A stretch of DNA of 64,000 nt, taken from Clostridiales bacterium (GTDB taxonomy: Bacteria; Bacillota; Clostridia; Christensenellales; CAG-138). The stretch's first letter is position 1, and every line of letters begins with the position of its first letter. This document shows, piece by piece, positions 1 to 8,131 of the stretch. The DNA is taken from NCBI GenBank assembly GCA_918244965.1, contig CAKJYC010000016.1, positions 8,526 to 72,525 on the forward strand, read 5' to 3'. Below the pieces are notes generated by a model, which worked only from the letters and a program-made list of their open reading frames with translations, ran no database searches and had not been told where the DNA came from. Made by a program: the position numbers and the translations under genes.

Positions 1-33
1 CGCAAGCGCGCAATCGACAAGGCCGCAGGCGTC

Positions 34-639
34 GTGAAGCCTCCGCTGTATAAGCGCATCCCGAAGCCCGTGATCGCGCTGACGATCATCGCCGCGCTCG
101 CGGGACTCGCGCTGTCCGGCGTGTTCTCAATGACCAAGGGCCCGATCGAGGCCAACGAAGAGAAGAAGCAGCAGGCGTCGTTCAGGATCGTCTGTGAGGA
201 CGCCGTCGACTTTGAGCAGCTTGAGGTCCGGGACGGCACCAACTACGGCAGCGGCAAGTTCGGCTCCACAACGATCGAACAGGCGCTGCGTGCCGTCGGT
301 GCAAACGGCGAAACCGCCGGCTACGTGCTCGTCATCTCGAACCGCAACGCCTACAACCCGCCGATCAAGCTGGCGCTCGGCGTCGATCCGGAGGGCCGGG
401 TCAACAGGATCTCGTTCATCGAGATCAACGAAACGCCCGGCAAGGGCTCGCTCGCGGATGAATCCAAGTTCAAGGATCAGTTCAGCGGCAAGCTGGCGGA
501 CAGTTTCGTGCTGAACGGGACCGGTGAAGACGGCATCGACGCGATCAGCGGCGCGACCGTCACCACGAAGGCCGTGCTGAACGCGGTCAACGCGGGTCTC
601 GACTTCTTCCGCAACGTGATCATGGGAGGAGGCAACTGA
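34..639 (+). CDS. rnfG: Rnf electron-transport complex subunit G (FMN-binding)
   Basis: 201-aa ORF with an N-terminal TM helix (PVIALTIIAALAGLALSGVF) and the C-terminal flavin-attachment motif SGATVTTKAV typical of RnfG/NqrC. The GTG start forms a GTGA overlap with a frame-2 stop at 35-37 that probably ends rnfD, which is cut by the window edge. The start is not certain because its own frame stays open to position 1. Confidence 0.85.
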   Translation: MKPPLYKRIPKPVIALTIIAALAGLALSGVFSMTKGPIEANEEKKQQASFRIVCEDAVDFEQLEVRDGTNYGSGKFGSTTIEQALRAVGANGETAGYVLVISNRNAYNPPIKLALGVDPEGRVNRISFIEINETPGKGSLADESKFKDQFSGKLADSFVLNGTGEDGIDAISGATVTTKAVLNAVNAGLDFFRNVIMGGGN

Positions 640-640
640 T

Positions 641-1327
641 ATGAAAAATCCGTATGTTGAACGGCTGTACAACGGCCTCGTCAAGGAGAACCCGACGCTG
701 GTGCTGATGCTCGGCATGTGCCCGACGCTGGCGGTCTCGACCGCGGCGATCAACGGCATTTCGATGGGTCTTTCGACGCTGGCGGTCCTCGTGCTGTCGA
801 ACTTTTTGATCTCGGTCATGCGCAACGTGATCCCGGACGACGTTCGCCTCCCCGCCTACATCGTCATCGTCGCGTCGCTCGTCACCGTTGTCAAGCTGCT
901 GATCAAGGCGTATCTGCCTTCGGTCGACGAAGCGCTCGGCACCTACATCGACCTGATCGTGGTCAACTGCATCATCCTCGGCCGCGCCGAAGCGTACGCG
1001 AACAAGCATACGCCGGGGCTGTCGGTCATGGACGGCGTCGGCATGGGCCTCGGCTTCACCGTTGCGCTGACGCTTGCGGGTCTCTTGCGCGAGCTCCTCG
1101 GCGCAGGCACAGTGTTCGGCCTGACCGTCTTCCCGCAGGAATACGCGATCGGCATCATGATCCAGCCGCCGGGAGCGTTCCTCGTCATCGCGCTGTTCAT
1201 CATCATCATGAATGCGATCGGCATCAAGACGCGCCAGCGTCAGCTCGTCGAAAGCGACGGCTGCGACGGCTGCTGCTACAAGTGCGCCATGCGCTGTGAA
1301 GATGCAAAGAAGGAGGAAGAGAAATGA
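641..1327 (+). CDS. rnfE: Rnf complex subunit E (polytopic membrane protein) with an extra Cys-rich C-terminal tail
   Basis: 228 aa. The N-terminus NGLVKENPTLVLMLGMCPTLAVS and multiple TM helices match the RnfE/NqrD family. It starts 1 nt after the rnfG stop. The tail is DGCDGCCYKCAMRCED. Confidence 0.9.
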   Translation: MKNPYVERLYNGLVKENPTLVLMLGMCPTLAVSTAAINGISMGLSTLAVLVLSNFLISVMRNVIPDDVRLPAYIVIVASLVTVVKLLIKAYLPSVDEALGTYIDLIVVNCIILGRAEAYANKHTPGLSVMDGVGMGLGFTVALTLAGLLRELLGAGTVFGLTVFPQEYAIGIMIQPPGAFLVIALFIIIMNAIGIKTRQRQLVESDGCDGCCYKCAMRCEDAKKEEEK

Positions 1328-1932
1328 TCCGCTTAATTCTGATCGTCATTCTGAACGCGCTGATCTCCAACGTCGTTCTCAATCAGTTCCTCGGCATCTG
1401 CTCGTTCCTCGGCGTTTCGCAGCGGATCAAGGCGTCGGCGTCGCTCGGCGGCGCGGTCATCTTCGTTCTGACGATCGCCTCCGCCGTTGCAAGCGCGCTG
1501 TATTCCCTCGTTCTGGAGCCGCTCGGCATGTCGTTCATGAAGATGATCGTCTTTATCCTCGTCATCGCCGCGCTGGTGCAGATCGTCGAGATGTTCCTCA
1601 AGAAAAAATCGCCTGCGGTCTATAAATCGCTCGGCATCTACCTCCCGCTGATCACCACCAACTGCGCGGTGCTCGGCATTGCGATCGACAACATCGACAA
1701 GTTCGGCTACAACTTCATCGAGAGTGTGTTCTCCGGCTTCGGCACGGCGATCGGCTACACGATCGCGATCGTGCTGCTCGCGGGCATTCGCTCGCGTCTC
1801 ACGGAGGACGACATCCCCCGTCCCGTTCGCGGCGCACCGGTCGTCATGCTCGCGGCGGCGCTGATGTCCATCGCATTCATGGGCTTTGCCGAGCTGCAGC
1901 CCGCGGTCGAAACGATCCTGAAGGGGGTGTAA
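1324..1932 (+). CDS. rnfA: Rnf complex subunit A
   Basis: 202-aa hydrophobic protein (NQFLGICSFLGVS, LPLITTNCAVLG) typical of RnfA/NqrE. ATGA overlap with rnfE. Confidence 0.9.
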   Translation: MIRLILIVILNALISNVVLNQFLGICSFLGVSQRIKASASLGGAVIFVLTIASAVASALYSLVLEPLGMSFMKMIVFILVIAALVQIVEMFLKKKSPAVYKSLGIYLPLITTNCAVLGIAIDNIDKFGYNFIESVFSGFGTAIGYTIAIVLLAGIRSRLTEDDIPRPVRGAPVVMLAAALMSIAFMGFAELQPAVETILKGV

Positions 1933-1934
1933 GC

Positions 1935-2744
1935 ATGATTATTCTGATCACCACCCTCGTCATCACCGCCATCGGCATTATCGTCGGCGCGGGGCTCGTG
2001 TTCACGGGCAAGAAGTTCCATGTCCCGGTCGATGCGCGCGAATCCGAAGTCCGCGCGTGTCTGCCCGGCAACAACTGCGGCGCATGCGGCTTTGCCGGCT
2101 GTGACGCGGCCGCGGCGGCCATCGTCGCAGGCGACGCGCCGGTAAACGTCTGCCCCGTGGGCGGCGGTCCGGTCGCGGAAAAGATCGGCGGCATCATGGG
2201 CACCGATGCGGAGATCCTTGAACGCCGGGTCGCGTTCGTCCGCTGCAAGGGCACCTGCGAGGCGTCCGGTCTGCAGGGCGTCTACACCGGGATCCGCGAC
2301 TGCCGCGCGGCGGCGCTTGCGGGGATCAATCTGAAGAACTGCGACTACGGCTGCATGGGCCTCGGCTCGTGCGTGAACGTCTGTCCGCAGGGCGCGATCA
2401 CGCTCGTCGACGGCGTCGCGGTCGTGAACCGCAACAAATGCGTCGCGTGCGGACTGTGCGTGAAGGCCTGTCCGAAGGGGCTCATCGAGCTCGTGCCGGA
2501 AAGCAAGCACGTCGCCGTACAGTGCATGAACCGGGACAAGGGCCCGCAGGTCAAGAAGGTCTGCTCCGCCGGCTGCATCGGCTGTACGCTGTGCACGCGC
2601 CAGTGCCAGTTTGACGCGATCCATATGGACGGCAATCTCGCACGCATCGACTACGCGAAGTGCGAGCAGTGCGGCAAGTGCGCGGAGAAATGCCCGGTCG
2701 GCGTCATCACGCCGCCCTGCCCCGCCGTACGGAAGGAGGCATAA
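1935..2744 (+). CDS. rnfB: Rnf complex subunit B (polyferredoxin)
   Basis: 269 aa with an N-terminal TM helix, the CGACGFAGC motif and several CxxCxxCxxxC(P) 4Fe-4S motifs (CVACGLCVKACP, CEQCGKCAEKCP). Confidence 0.9.
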   Translation: MIILITTLVITAIGIIVGAGLVFTGKKFHVPVDARESEVRACLPGNNCGACGFAGCDAAAAAIVAGDAPVNVCPVGGGPVAEKIGGIMGTDAEILERRVAFVRCKGTCEASGLQGVYTGIRDCRAAALAGINLKNCDYGCMGLGSCVNVCPQGAITLVDGVAVVNRNKCVACGLCVKACPKGLIELVPESKHVAVQCMNRDKGPQVKKVCSAGCIGCTLCTRQCQFDAIHMDGNLARIDYAKCEQCGKCAEKCPVGVITPPCPAVRKEA

Positions 2745-2747
2745 GCC

Positions 2748-4082
2748 ATGGAAAAACGCAATCAGGCTGCAAAGCTCATCGTCGGCGCGGTCGTCGTCAT
2801 CATCGCCGTGCTGTTCCTGTCCGGCGTCGTCGGCGGACATGACGTCAAGTACAAGTCCGCTCCGCTTTCGAGCGAGGACATCGCGTACAAGACGGTCGAA
2901 GCGCCGGTACCCGCTGCGAAGAACGGGATCATCAGCTCCGACGAATGGAAGGCGATCTATCCCGACATCGTGACGACCATGTACCAAAACGACGAGAACG
3001 ACGAGATCGTTGACTATCTGGAGATCGACCCGTATCTGCTCGACATCTACGACGGCTTCGGCTTCGCGACAGAATACGGCAGCGCACGCGGTCACACATA
3101 TACGCTGGATGACGTGAACAACACCCATCGCCCGCACGGCAGCGCAAACTGTCTCACCTGCAAGACGCCGTACTTCAACCGGCTTGCGGAGAACGGCAAC
3201 GTCGACGCGTACACCTATGATTTCAACGAAGTCATGGAAGCGCTGCGCAAGGACGGCGGCGAGGCGGTCAGCTGCTACACCTGCCACGGCAACGAGGCGG
3301 GCAGCAAGGGACAGATCGTCATCACACATTCCTATGTGCCCAAGGCGCTCGGTGCGGATTTCGCCGGGATCGACCTGTCCACGCTCTCCTGCGGACAGTG
3401 CCACATCGAGTACTACTTCAACAAGCAGGAGCTGAAGGCGGACGGCAAGCCCACGATGGAAACGTCAATGCCGTATCACAACGTCTCGGAGATGACGCCG
3501 GAAGCGATCTACGACTACTATGAGGCCATCGGCTATACGGACTGGGAGCAGAAGAGCACCGGGACGAAGATGCTGAAGGCGCAGCACCCCGAACTGGAGA
3601 CGTACCTCCAGGGCGTGCATGCCGGAACGCTTTCCTGCGCCGACTGCCATATGCCGGTCGTACAGAACGCCGAGACGCAGGAGATCTACCACAGCCACCT
3701 GATCGTGAGCCCGCTCAACAATAAGACGCTGCTGGAAACCTGCCTCGTGTGTCACAAGGACCTCGGCATCCGCACGACGGACGACATGGTGCAGTTCGTC
3801 AAAAACATTCAGGCGAACGTCACGGCGGAGGAAACGCGCGTCGGCAACCTGCTCGCCGCATTCAAGAAGGCGCTCGAAAAGGAGCACCAGAGCGGAACGC
3901 GGACCGACGAACAGCTCGATCCGATCCGCGCGCTGTATCGCAAGGCGCAGTGGTTCTTTGACTTCTGTTACGTCGAGAACGCCGAAGGCGCGCACAACTC
4001 CGCGCTCGCGTACCGCTGCCTTTCCACGGCGGAGCAGCTGATCAACGAGGGCATGGCGAAGCTCGCCGCGCTCAACGATTAA
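2748..4082 (+). CDS. nrfA: Pentahaem cytochrome c nitrite reductase (ammonia-forming), membrane-anchored
   Basis: 444 aa with an N-terminal hydrophobic anchor (LIVGAVVVIIAVLFLSGVVGG). Five haem c sites: CLTCK (the CXXCK catalytic haem that marks NrfA), CYTCH, CGQCH, CADCH and CLVCH. NrfA signature strings CHIEYYF and KAQHPELE are present. The GGAAGGAGG RBS lies inside the rnfB 3' end and the ATG is 3 nt after the rnfB stop. Confidence 0.9.
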   Translation: MEKRNQAAKLIVGAVVVIIAVLFLSGVVGGHDVKYKSAPLSSEDIAYKTVEAPVPAAKNGIISSDEWKAIYPDIVTTMYQNDENDEIVDYLEIDPYLLDIYDGFGFATEYGSARGHTYTLDDVNNTHRPHGSANCLTCKTPYFNRLAENGNVDAYTYDFNEVMEALRKDGGEAVSCYTCHGNEAGSKGQIVITHSYVPKALGADFAGIDLSTLSCGQCHIEYYFNKQELKADGKPTMETSMPYHNVSEMTPEAIYDYYEAIGYTDWEQKSTGTKMLKAQHPELETYLQGVHAGTLSCADCHMPVVQNAETQEIYHSHLIVSPLNNKTLLETCLVCHKDLGIRTTDDMVQFVKNIQANVTAEETRVGNLLAAFKKALEKEHQSGTRTDEQLDPIRALYRKAQWFFDFCYVENAEGAHNSALAYRCLSTAEQLINEGMAKLAALND

Positions 4083-4095
4083 ACAGCCATCTACC

Positions 4096-4134
4096 TGCGG
4101 CAAAGGGCGCTGACCCTTTGCCGCATCCTTTTAT
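4096..4134 (+). terminator. Hairpin plus T-rich tail between nrfA and resB (terminator or attenuator)
   Basis: Perfect 12-bp stem TGCGGCAAAGGG/CCCTTTGCCGCA with a 6-nt loop, followed by TCCTTTTAT. Confidence 0.55.
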
Positions 4135-4143
4135 GGGGTCAAA

Positions 4144-5409
4144 ATGAAGGTTCTGAAAAAGATTTACGGGTTCATCGCGTCGATGAGATTCGCGATCGTT
4201 CTGCTGCTGGTGATCGCCGCCGTCTGTGTGGTCGGCAGCCTTGTGCCGCAGGGCGAACAGTTTGCGCTGTACCGCGGCACATATTCCGAGCGCACGGCAG
4301 CGTTTATTCTTGCGTTCGGGCTCGACGACGTGTTCCACAGCTGGTGGTTCATCACGCTTGTCGCCGCGCTGTGCCTGAGCCTTGTACTGTGCAATCTCAC
4401 CCGCGTGCGCGCGCTGATCCGTAAAACGAAGGAAGCCGCAAGCGTCGGGCACGCGCTGTCCTCTTCGCCGGACGCGACGGAGGAGGGCGTTGTCGATCCT
4501 GCGCCGGTGTTCCGGCGGATGCGCTTCTATCGCACGGTCCAAAGCGAAGCCGACGGCAAACCGGTCGTCTTTGCCTGCCGCAACCGGATCGGCTTCTGGG
4601 GCGCGTGGGTCTGCCACATCGGGATCGTGCTGATCGTGCTGGGCTACGCGCTCGGTCAAATGACGCTGTTCTCCGCGACCGTGTACGGTACGCCGGGACA
4701 GATCAAGCCGGTCGAGGGCACGCCGTTCGAAGCGATGATCACGGACTTTGCGATCGACCGCACCGAGACGGGCTTTGTCGAGCAGTACACGACCGCGCTG
4801 ACCGTGCAAAACACCGGGACCGGCGAGAAGCAGAGCGGTACCGCAAGCGTCAACCATCCGGCGGTGCTCTGCGGCATGAAGTTTTATCAGACTGCGTCCG
4901 GCTACGCGGCGCGCGTCACGATCCTTGAGGACGGTGTGCCGCTCGAAAGAGCCGATCTGTGCGTCGGCGAGGAGCTGACGATCTCGTTTCTGCCCGGACT
5001 GTCGTTGTATCTCGACGCGTACGAGCCGGATCACAACGGAAGCGGCAGGAGCGCGTTCCACGTCCTGTTCTTCCATCAGGGACAGTACATCGACCTCGGC
5101 GCCGAATACTTTGCTCCGGGCGGTGTGATCAACCTCGGCCGGTACGCGATTGAGCTTTCCGGGCCTCTCGACTACACGCTGCTGCGCGTCAAAAAGGATT
5201 CGTTTGCGTGGCTTGTGCTGATCGGCGCCATACTGACTGCGCTCGGTCTGTTCGCCGCGCTGTATCTCGTACCGGAAACGCTTTGGGCCGTGCGGGAGGA
5301 CGACGGCACGTGGACCGTATGCGGCAGGAGCAAAAAGCTCGCGCCGCTGTTCCGGGAACAATTCACCCGCGCCGTGAGCGGCCGTAAAGGAAAGGAGGCG
5401 GACAAATGA
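4144..5409 (+). CDS. resB: Cytochrome c biogenesis protein ResB/Ccs1 (System II)
   Basis: 421 aa. N-terminal TM helices, a large extracytoplasmic domain and a C-terminal TM helix give ResB-like topology. ATGA overlap with the downstream ccsA-like gene. Confidence 0.75.
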   Translation: MKVLKKIYGFIASMRFAIVLLLVIAAVCVVGSLVPQGEQFALYRGTYSERTAAFILAFGLDDVFHSWWFITLVAALCLSLVLCNLTRVRALIRKTKEAASVGHALSSSPDATEEGVVDPAPVFRRMRFYRTVQSEADGKPVVFACRNRIGFWGAWVCHIGIVLIVLGYALGQMTLFSATVYGTPGQIKPVEGTPFEAMITDFAIDRTETGFVEQYTTALTVQNTGTGEKQSGTASVNHPAVLCGMKFYQTASGYAARVTILEDGVPLERADLCVGEELTISFLPGLSLYLDAYEPDHNGSGRSAFHVLFFHQGQYIDLGAEYFAPGGVINLGRYAIELSGPLDYTLLRVKKDSFAWLVLIGAILTALGLFAALYLVPETLWAVREDDGTWTVCGRSKKLAPLFREQFTRAVSGRKGKEADK

Positions 5410-6257
5410 TCCTTGCGGAAAGCATCCTGTTTCTGATCACGCTCGGACTGTATTTTGTCGCGATGCTTCTGTATTTCCTGTACGCCGCCGTCCGAAAGCC
5501 CGCCCTGCACCGCGCCGCGGTCTGGACGCAGATCGCCGCGTTCGTCATCCACTCGGCGGCGATCGTGCTGCGCGGGATCCTGATGGCGCGTCTGCCGATG
5601 GCGAACCAGTACGAATTCGCCACGGCGTTTGCGTGGGCGCTCGCGGCCGTAAGCCTGTTCTTCATCAAACGGTTCCGCTTCCCGGTGCTCGGTGCGTTCG
5701 CCTCCCCCGTCACGCTGCTGCTTGCGGTCTACGCCGGGCTGCAGAAGCTGAACGAGCTCAAGGTAATCGAGCAGAGCGGTGTCGACAGCATCAAAAACCT
5801 GATGCCCGCGCTCAGAAGCAGCTGGCTCGGCATCCACGTTTCGACGGTCATCATCGCGTACGGCGCGTTCGGCGTATCGTTTGTGCTGTCGATCCTGTTC
5901 CTTGTCCGTGACCGGATGAAGGCAAACGGCTTCTGGGACGCGCATATCCCGAAGAAGGAGAAGCTCGACGTCATCAGCTACCGCTGCGTGTCCTTCGGCA
6001 TGATGTTCCTGACCGTCACGATCGGCATCGGCGGGATCTGGGCGGAAAATGCCTGGGGCAGCTACTGGAGCTGGGACCCCAAGGAGACGTGGGCGCTCGT
6101 CACATGGGTCATCTATCTCGTGTACCTGCACTTGCGCATCAAAAAGGGATGGAACGGCAGGGCCGCCGCGCTCTTCGGCGCGGTCGGGTTCGTCTGTGTG
6201 CTGTTCACCTACATCGGCGTTAACACGCTCCTGCCGGGCCTGCACAGTTATAAATAA
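5406..6257 (+). CDS. resC: Cytochrome c biogenesis protein ResC/CcsA (haem-handling W-rich motif)
   Basis: 283-aa polytopic membrane protein carrying the W-rich motif WGSYWSWDPKETWALVTW, diagnostic of the CcsA/ResC/CcmC family. Confidence 0.85.
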   Translation: MILAESILFLITLGLYFVAMLLYFLYAAVRKPALHRAAVWTQIAAFVIHSAAIVLRGILMARLPMANQYEFATAFAWALAAVSLFFIKRFRFPVLGAFASPVTLLLAVYAGLQKLNELKVIEQSGVDSIKNLMPALRSSWLGIHVSTVIIAYGAFGVSFVLSILFLVRDRMKANGFWDAHIPKKEKLDVISYRCVSFGMMFLTVTIGIGGIWAENAWGSYWSWDPKETWALVTWVIYLVYLHLRIKKGWNGRAAALFGAVGFVCVLFTYIGVNTLLPGLHSYK

Positions 6258-6265
6258 GCAAAATA

Positions 6266-6294
6266 TTGACATAACCATGCAGTTTTGGTATGAT
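6266..6294 (+). promoter_or_regulatory. Sigma-70-type promoter
   Basis: TTGACA (6266-6271), 17-nt spacer, TGgTATGAT extended -10 (TATGAT at 6289-6294). GAGGAGG RBS at 6311-6317 ahead of the ATG at 6326. Confidence 0.6.
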
Positions 6295-6325
6295 ATAAGT
6301 TGACAAAAATGAGGAGGATATCAGG

Positions 6326-6970
6326 ATGTCGATTCAGATGCGGGAATACCGGAATCCCAACAACAGCAACTTGCCGCTGCGCGTGGCAAAGGGACACTTC
6401 GCGACCAGCCACAGCCACATCAACTACTATGTGGACCTGACCATGACCAAGTATTGTCTGCCCGAAGCGCGCGAGGCGGCGATCCATCTGGCGAACCGGT
6501 TTAAGGCGACCACGATCGTCGACACGATCCTCTGTCTCGACGGCACCGAGGTCATCGGCGCGTGCATGGCGAGCGAGCTCACCAAGCAGAGCTTTACGAG
6601 CATGAACGCCAACCGCGCGATTTGCGTCGTCACGCCGGAGCACACGACCGGCAGTCAGCTGCTGTTCCGCGACAACACCGCCCCGATGATCCGCGGCAAG
6701 AACGTGCTGATCCTTGCGGCGTCCGTCTCCACGGGCTTCACGGCGCTCGGCGCGATCGAGGCGATCCGCTACTACGGCGGCAACACGGTCGGCATCTGCG
6801 CGATCATCGCAAACATCAAGGAGCTTGCGGGCTACTCCGTCGTCGGCATCTGCGACACCAATCGCCTTTGGGACGATTACGAAAGCAATCCCGCCCACGA
6901 ATGTCCGCTGTGCAAAGCCGGCGTCAAGCTGGACGCCATGGTCAATACGTATGGTTTCAGCAGTTTTTAA
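6326..6970 (+). CDS. Phosphoribosyltransferase-fold protein with a degenerate PRPP loop
   Basis: 214 aa with type-I PRTase-like layout. The PRPP-binding loop reads VLILAASVSTGFT, so the usual acidic pair (DD/ED) is replaced by AA. C-terminal CPLC. Confidence 0.5.
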   Translation: MSIQMREYRNPNNSNLPLRVAKGHFATSHSHINYYVDLTMTKYCLPEAREAAIHLANRFKATTIVDTILCLDGTEVIGACMASELTKQSFTSMNANRAICVVTPEHTTGSQLLFRDNTAPMIRGKNVLILAASVSTGFTALGAIEAIRYYGGNTVGICAIIANIKELAGYSVVGICDTNRLWDDYESNPAHECPLCKAGVKLDAMVNTYGFSSF

Positions 6971-6976
6971 GAAATA

Positions 6977-7000
6977 AAGCGCCTTTCGGGGCGCTTTTCT
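6977..7000 (+). terminator. Rho-independent terminator
   Basis: AGCGCC/GGCGCT stem followed by TTTTCT, directly after the stop at 6970. Confidence 0.6.
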
Positions 7001-7030
7001 TGTAAAAAACAACACAAGGAGGAAACAAGT

Positions 7031-7405
7031 ATGGAAATGAAGTTCTATCGCTGCCCGATCTGCGGCCAGATCATTGCGATCGTCAAAAAGACGGCGTGCC
7101 CGGTCATGTGCTGCGGCAAGCCCATGAAGGAAATGGAGCCCGGCGAAGTCGACGCGTCGCTGGAAAAGCACGTCCCGGTCTATGAGGTCAGCGGCGATAC
7201 GGTCGTCGTCAAGGTCGGCTCGGCCGCGCACCCGATGCTGCCGGAGCACTACATCCCCTGGATCGCGATCCAGACCAAGCTCGGCAATCAGAGAAAGGCG
7301 CTCGAACCCGGTCAGGCGCCGGAGGTCTGCTTCAAGCTCTGCGAGGGCGACGAGGTCGAGGCCGTCTACGCCTTCTGCAATCTGCACGGGCTCTGGAAAA
7401 GCTGA
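7031..7405 (+). CDS. dfx: Desulfoferrodoxin (superoxide reductase)
   Basis: 124 aa. The N-terminal desulforedoxin-type site is CPICG...CCG and the EKHVP motif begins the SOR domain. AGGAGG RBS 8 nt upstream. Confidence 0.85.
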   Translation: MEMKFYRCPICGQIIAIVKKTACPVMCCGKPMKEMEPGEVDASLEKHVPVYEVSGDTVVVKVGSAAHPMLPEHYIPWIAIQTKLGNQRKALEPGQAPEVCFKLCEGDEVEAVYAFCNLHGLWKS

Positions 7406-7414
7406 GGAGGCTCC

Positions 7415-7951
7415 ATGAACAAGTATACCGGAACAAAGACCGAACAGAACCTGCTTGCCGCGTTCGCGGGCGAATCGCAGGCGCGCAACAAGTATACCTA
7501 CTTTGCGTCGAGAGCAAAGAAGGACGGCTATGAGCAGATCGCCGCGCTGTTTCTGAAGACGGCGGACAACGAGAAGGAACACGCCAAGCTGTGGTTCAAG
7601 GAGCTGAACGGCATCGGCGACACCGCCGAAAACCTCAAGGCCGCTGCAGACGGCGAAAACTACGAATGGACCGACATGTACGAGGGCTTTGCGAAAACCG
7701 CTGAGGAGGAGGGCTTTGCGGAGCTTGCCGAGAAGTTCCGTCTGGTCGCCGCGATCGAAAAGCACCACGAGGAGCGCTATCGCGCGCTGCTCAAGAACAT
7801 CGAGACCGCCGCCGTCTTTGAAAAGAGCGAGGTCAAGGTCTGGGAATGCCGCAACTGCGGCCATATCGTGATCGGCACGAAAGCGCCGGACGTCTGCCCC
7901 GCCTGCGCGCACCCGCAGTCCTTCTTCGAGGTCAACGCGGAAAACTATTGA
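7415..7951 (+). CDS. rbr: Rubrerythrin
   Basis: 178 aa. The N-terminal di-iron four-helix region is [19 protein letters not shown] and the C-terminal rubredoxin-like motif is CRNCG...CPAC. Confidence 0.9.
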   Translation: MNKYTGTKTEQNLLAAFAGESQARNKYTYFASRAKKDGYEQIAALFLKTADNEKEHAKLWFKELNGIGDTAENLKAAADGENYEWTDMYEGFAKTAEEEGFAELAEKFRLVAAIEKHHEERYRALLKNIETAAVFEKSEVKVWECRNCGHIVIGTKAPDVCPACAHPQSFFEVNAENY

Positions 7952-7990
7952 CGCTTCGCTCCTCAAAATGACACCCGTTTTCATTACGCA

Positions 7991-8021
7991 AAAGCGGAGG
8001 GAACGTTCCCTCCGCTTTTTT
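7991..8021 (+). terminator. Rho-independent terminator
   Basis: GCGGAGGGAAC/GTTCCCTCCGC palindromic stem followed by TTTTTT. Confidence 0.8.
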
Positions 8022-8131
8022 GATTGCGCGGAATCCGCTGCAAAGGTCAACCGCCCTTTGCATTTTTGTGCGGGACGTGGTACAATACCGGCAGAATGCG
8101 GGTGGGCCCGCCGATCAAAAGGAGGATCATC

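Noticed and set aside
1755-3404. Very long ORFs antisense to confidently called genes: 1755-3404 (-), 6248-8050 (-), 22615-23697 (-), 34837-36738 (-), 40303-42570 (+), 50926-53148 (+), 57573-59840 (+), 60000-62237 (+) and many shorter ones.
   Set aside because: These are typical shadow ORFs of GC-rich DNA. Their translations are Arg/Ala/Gly/Asp-rich low-complexity strings with no recognisable motifs or RBS. Each is fully overlapped by an opposite-strand gene with strong family signatures.
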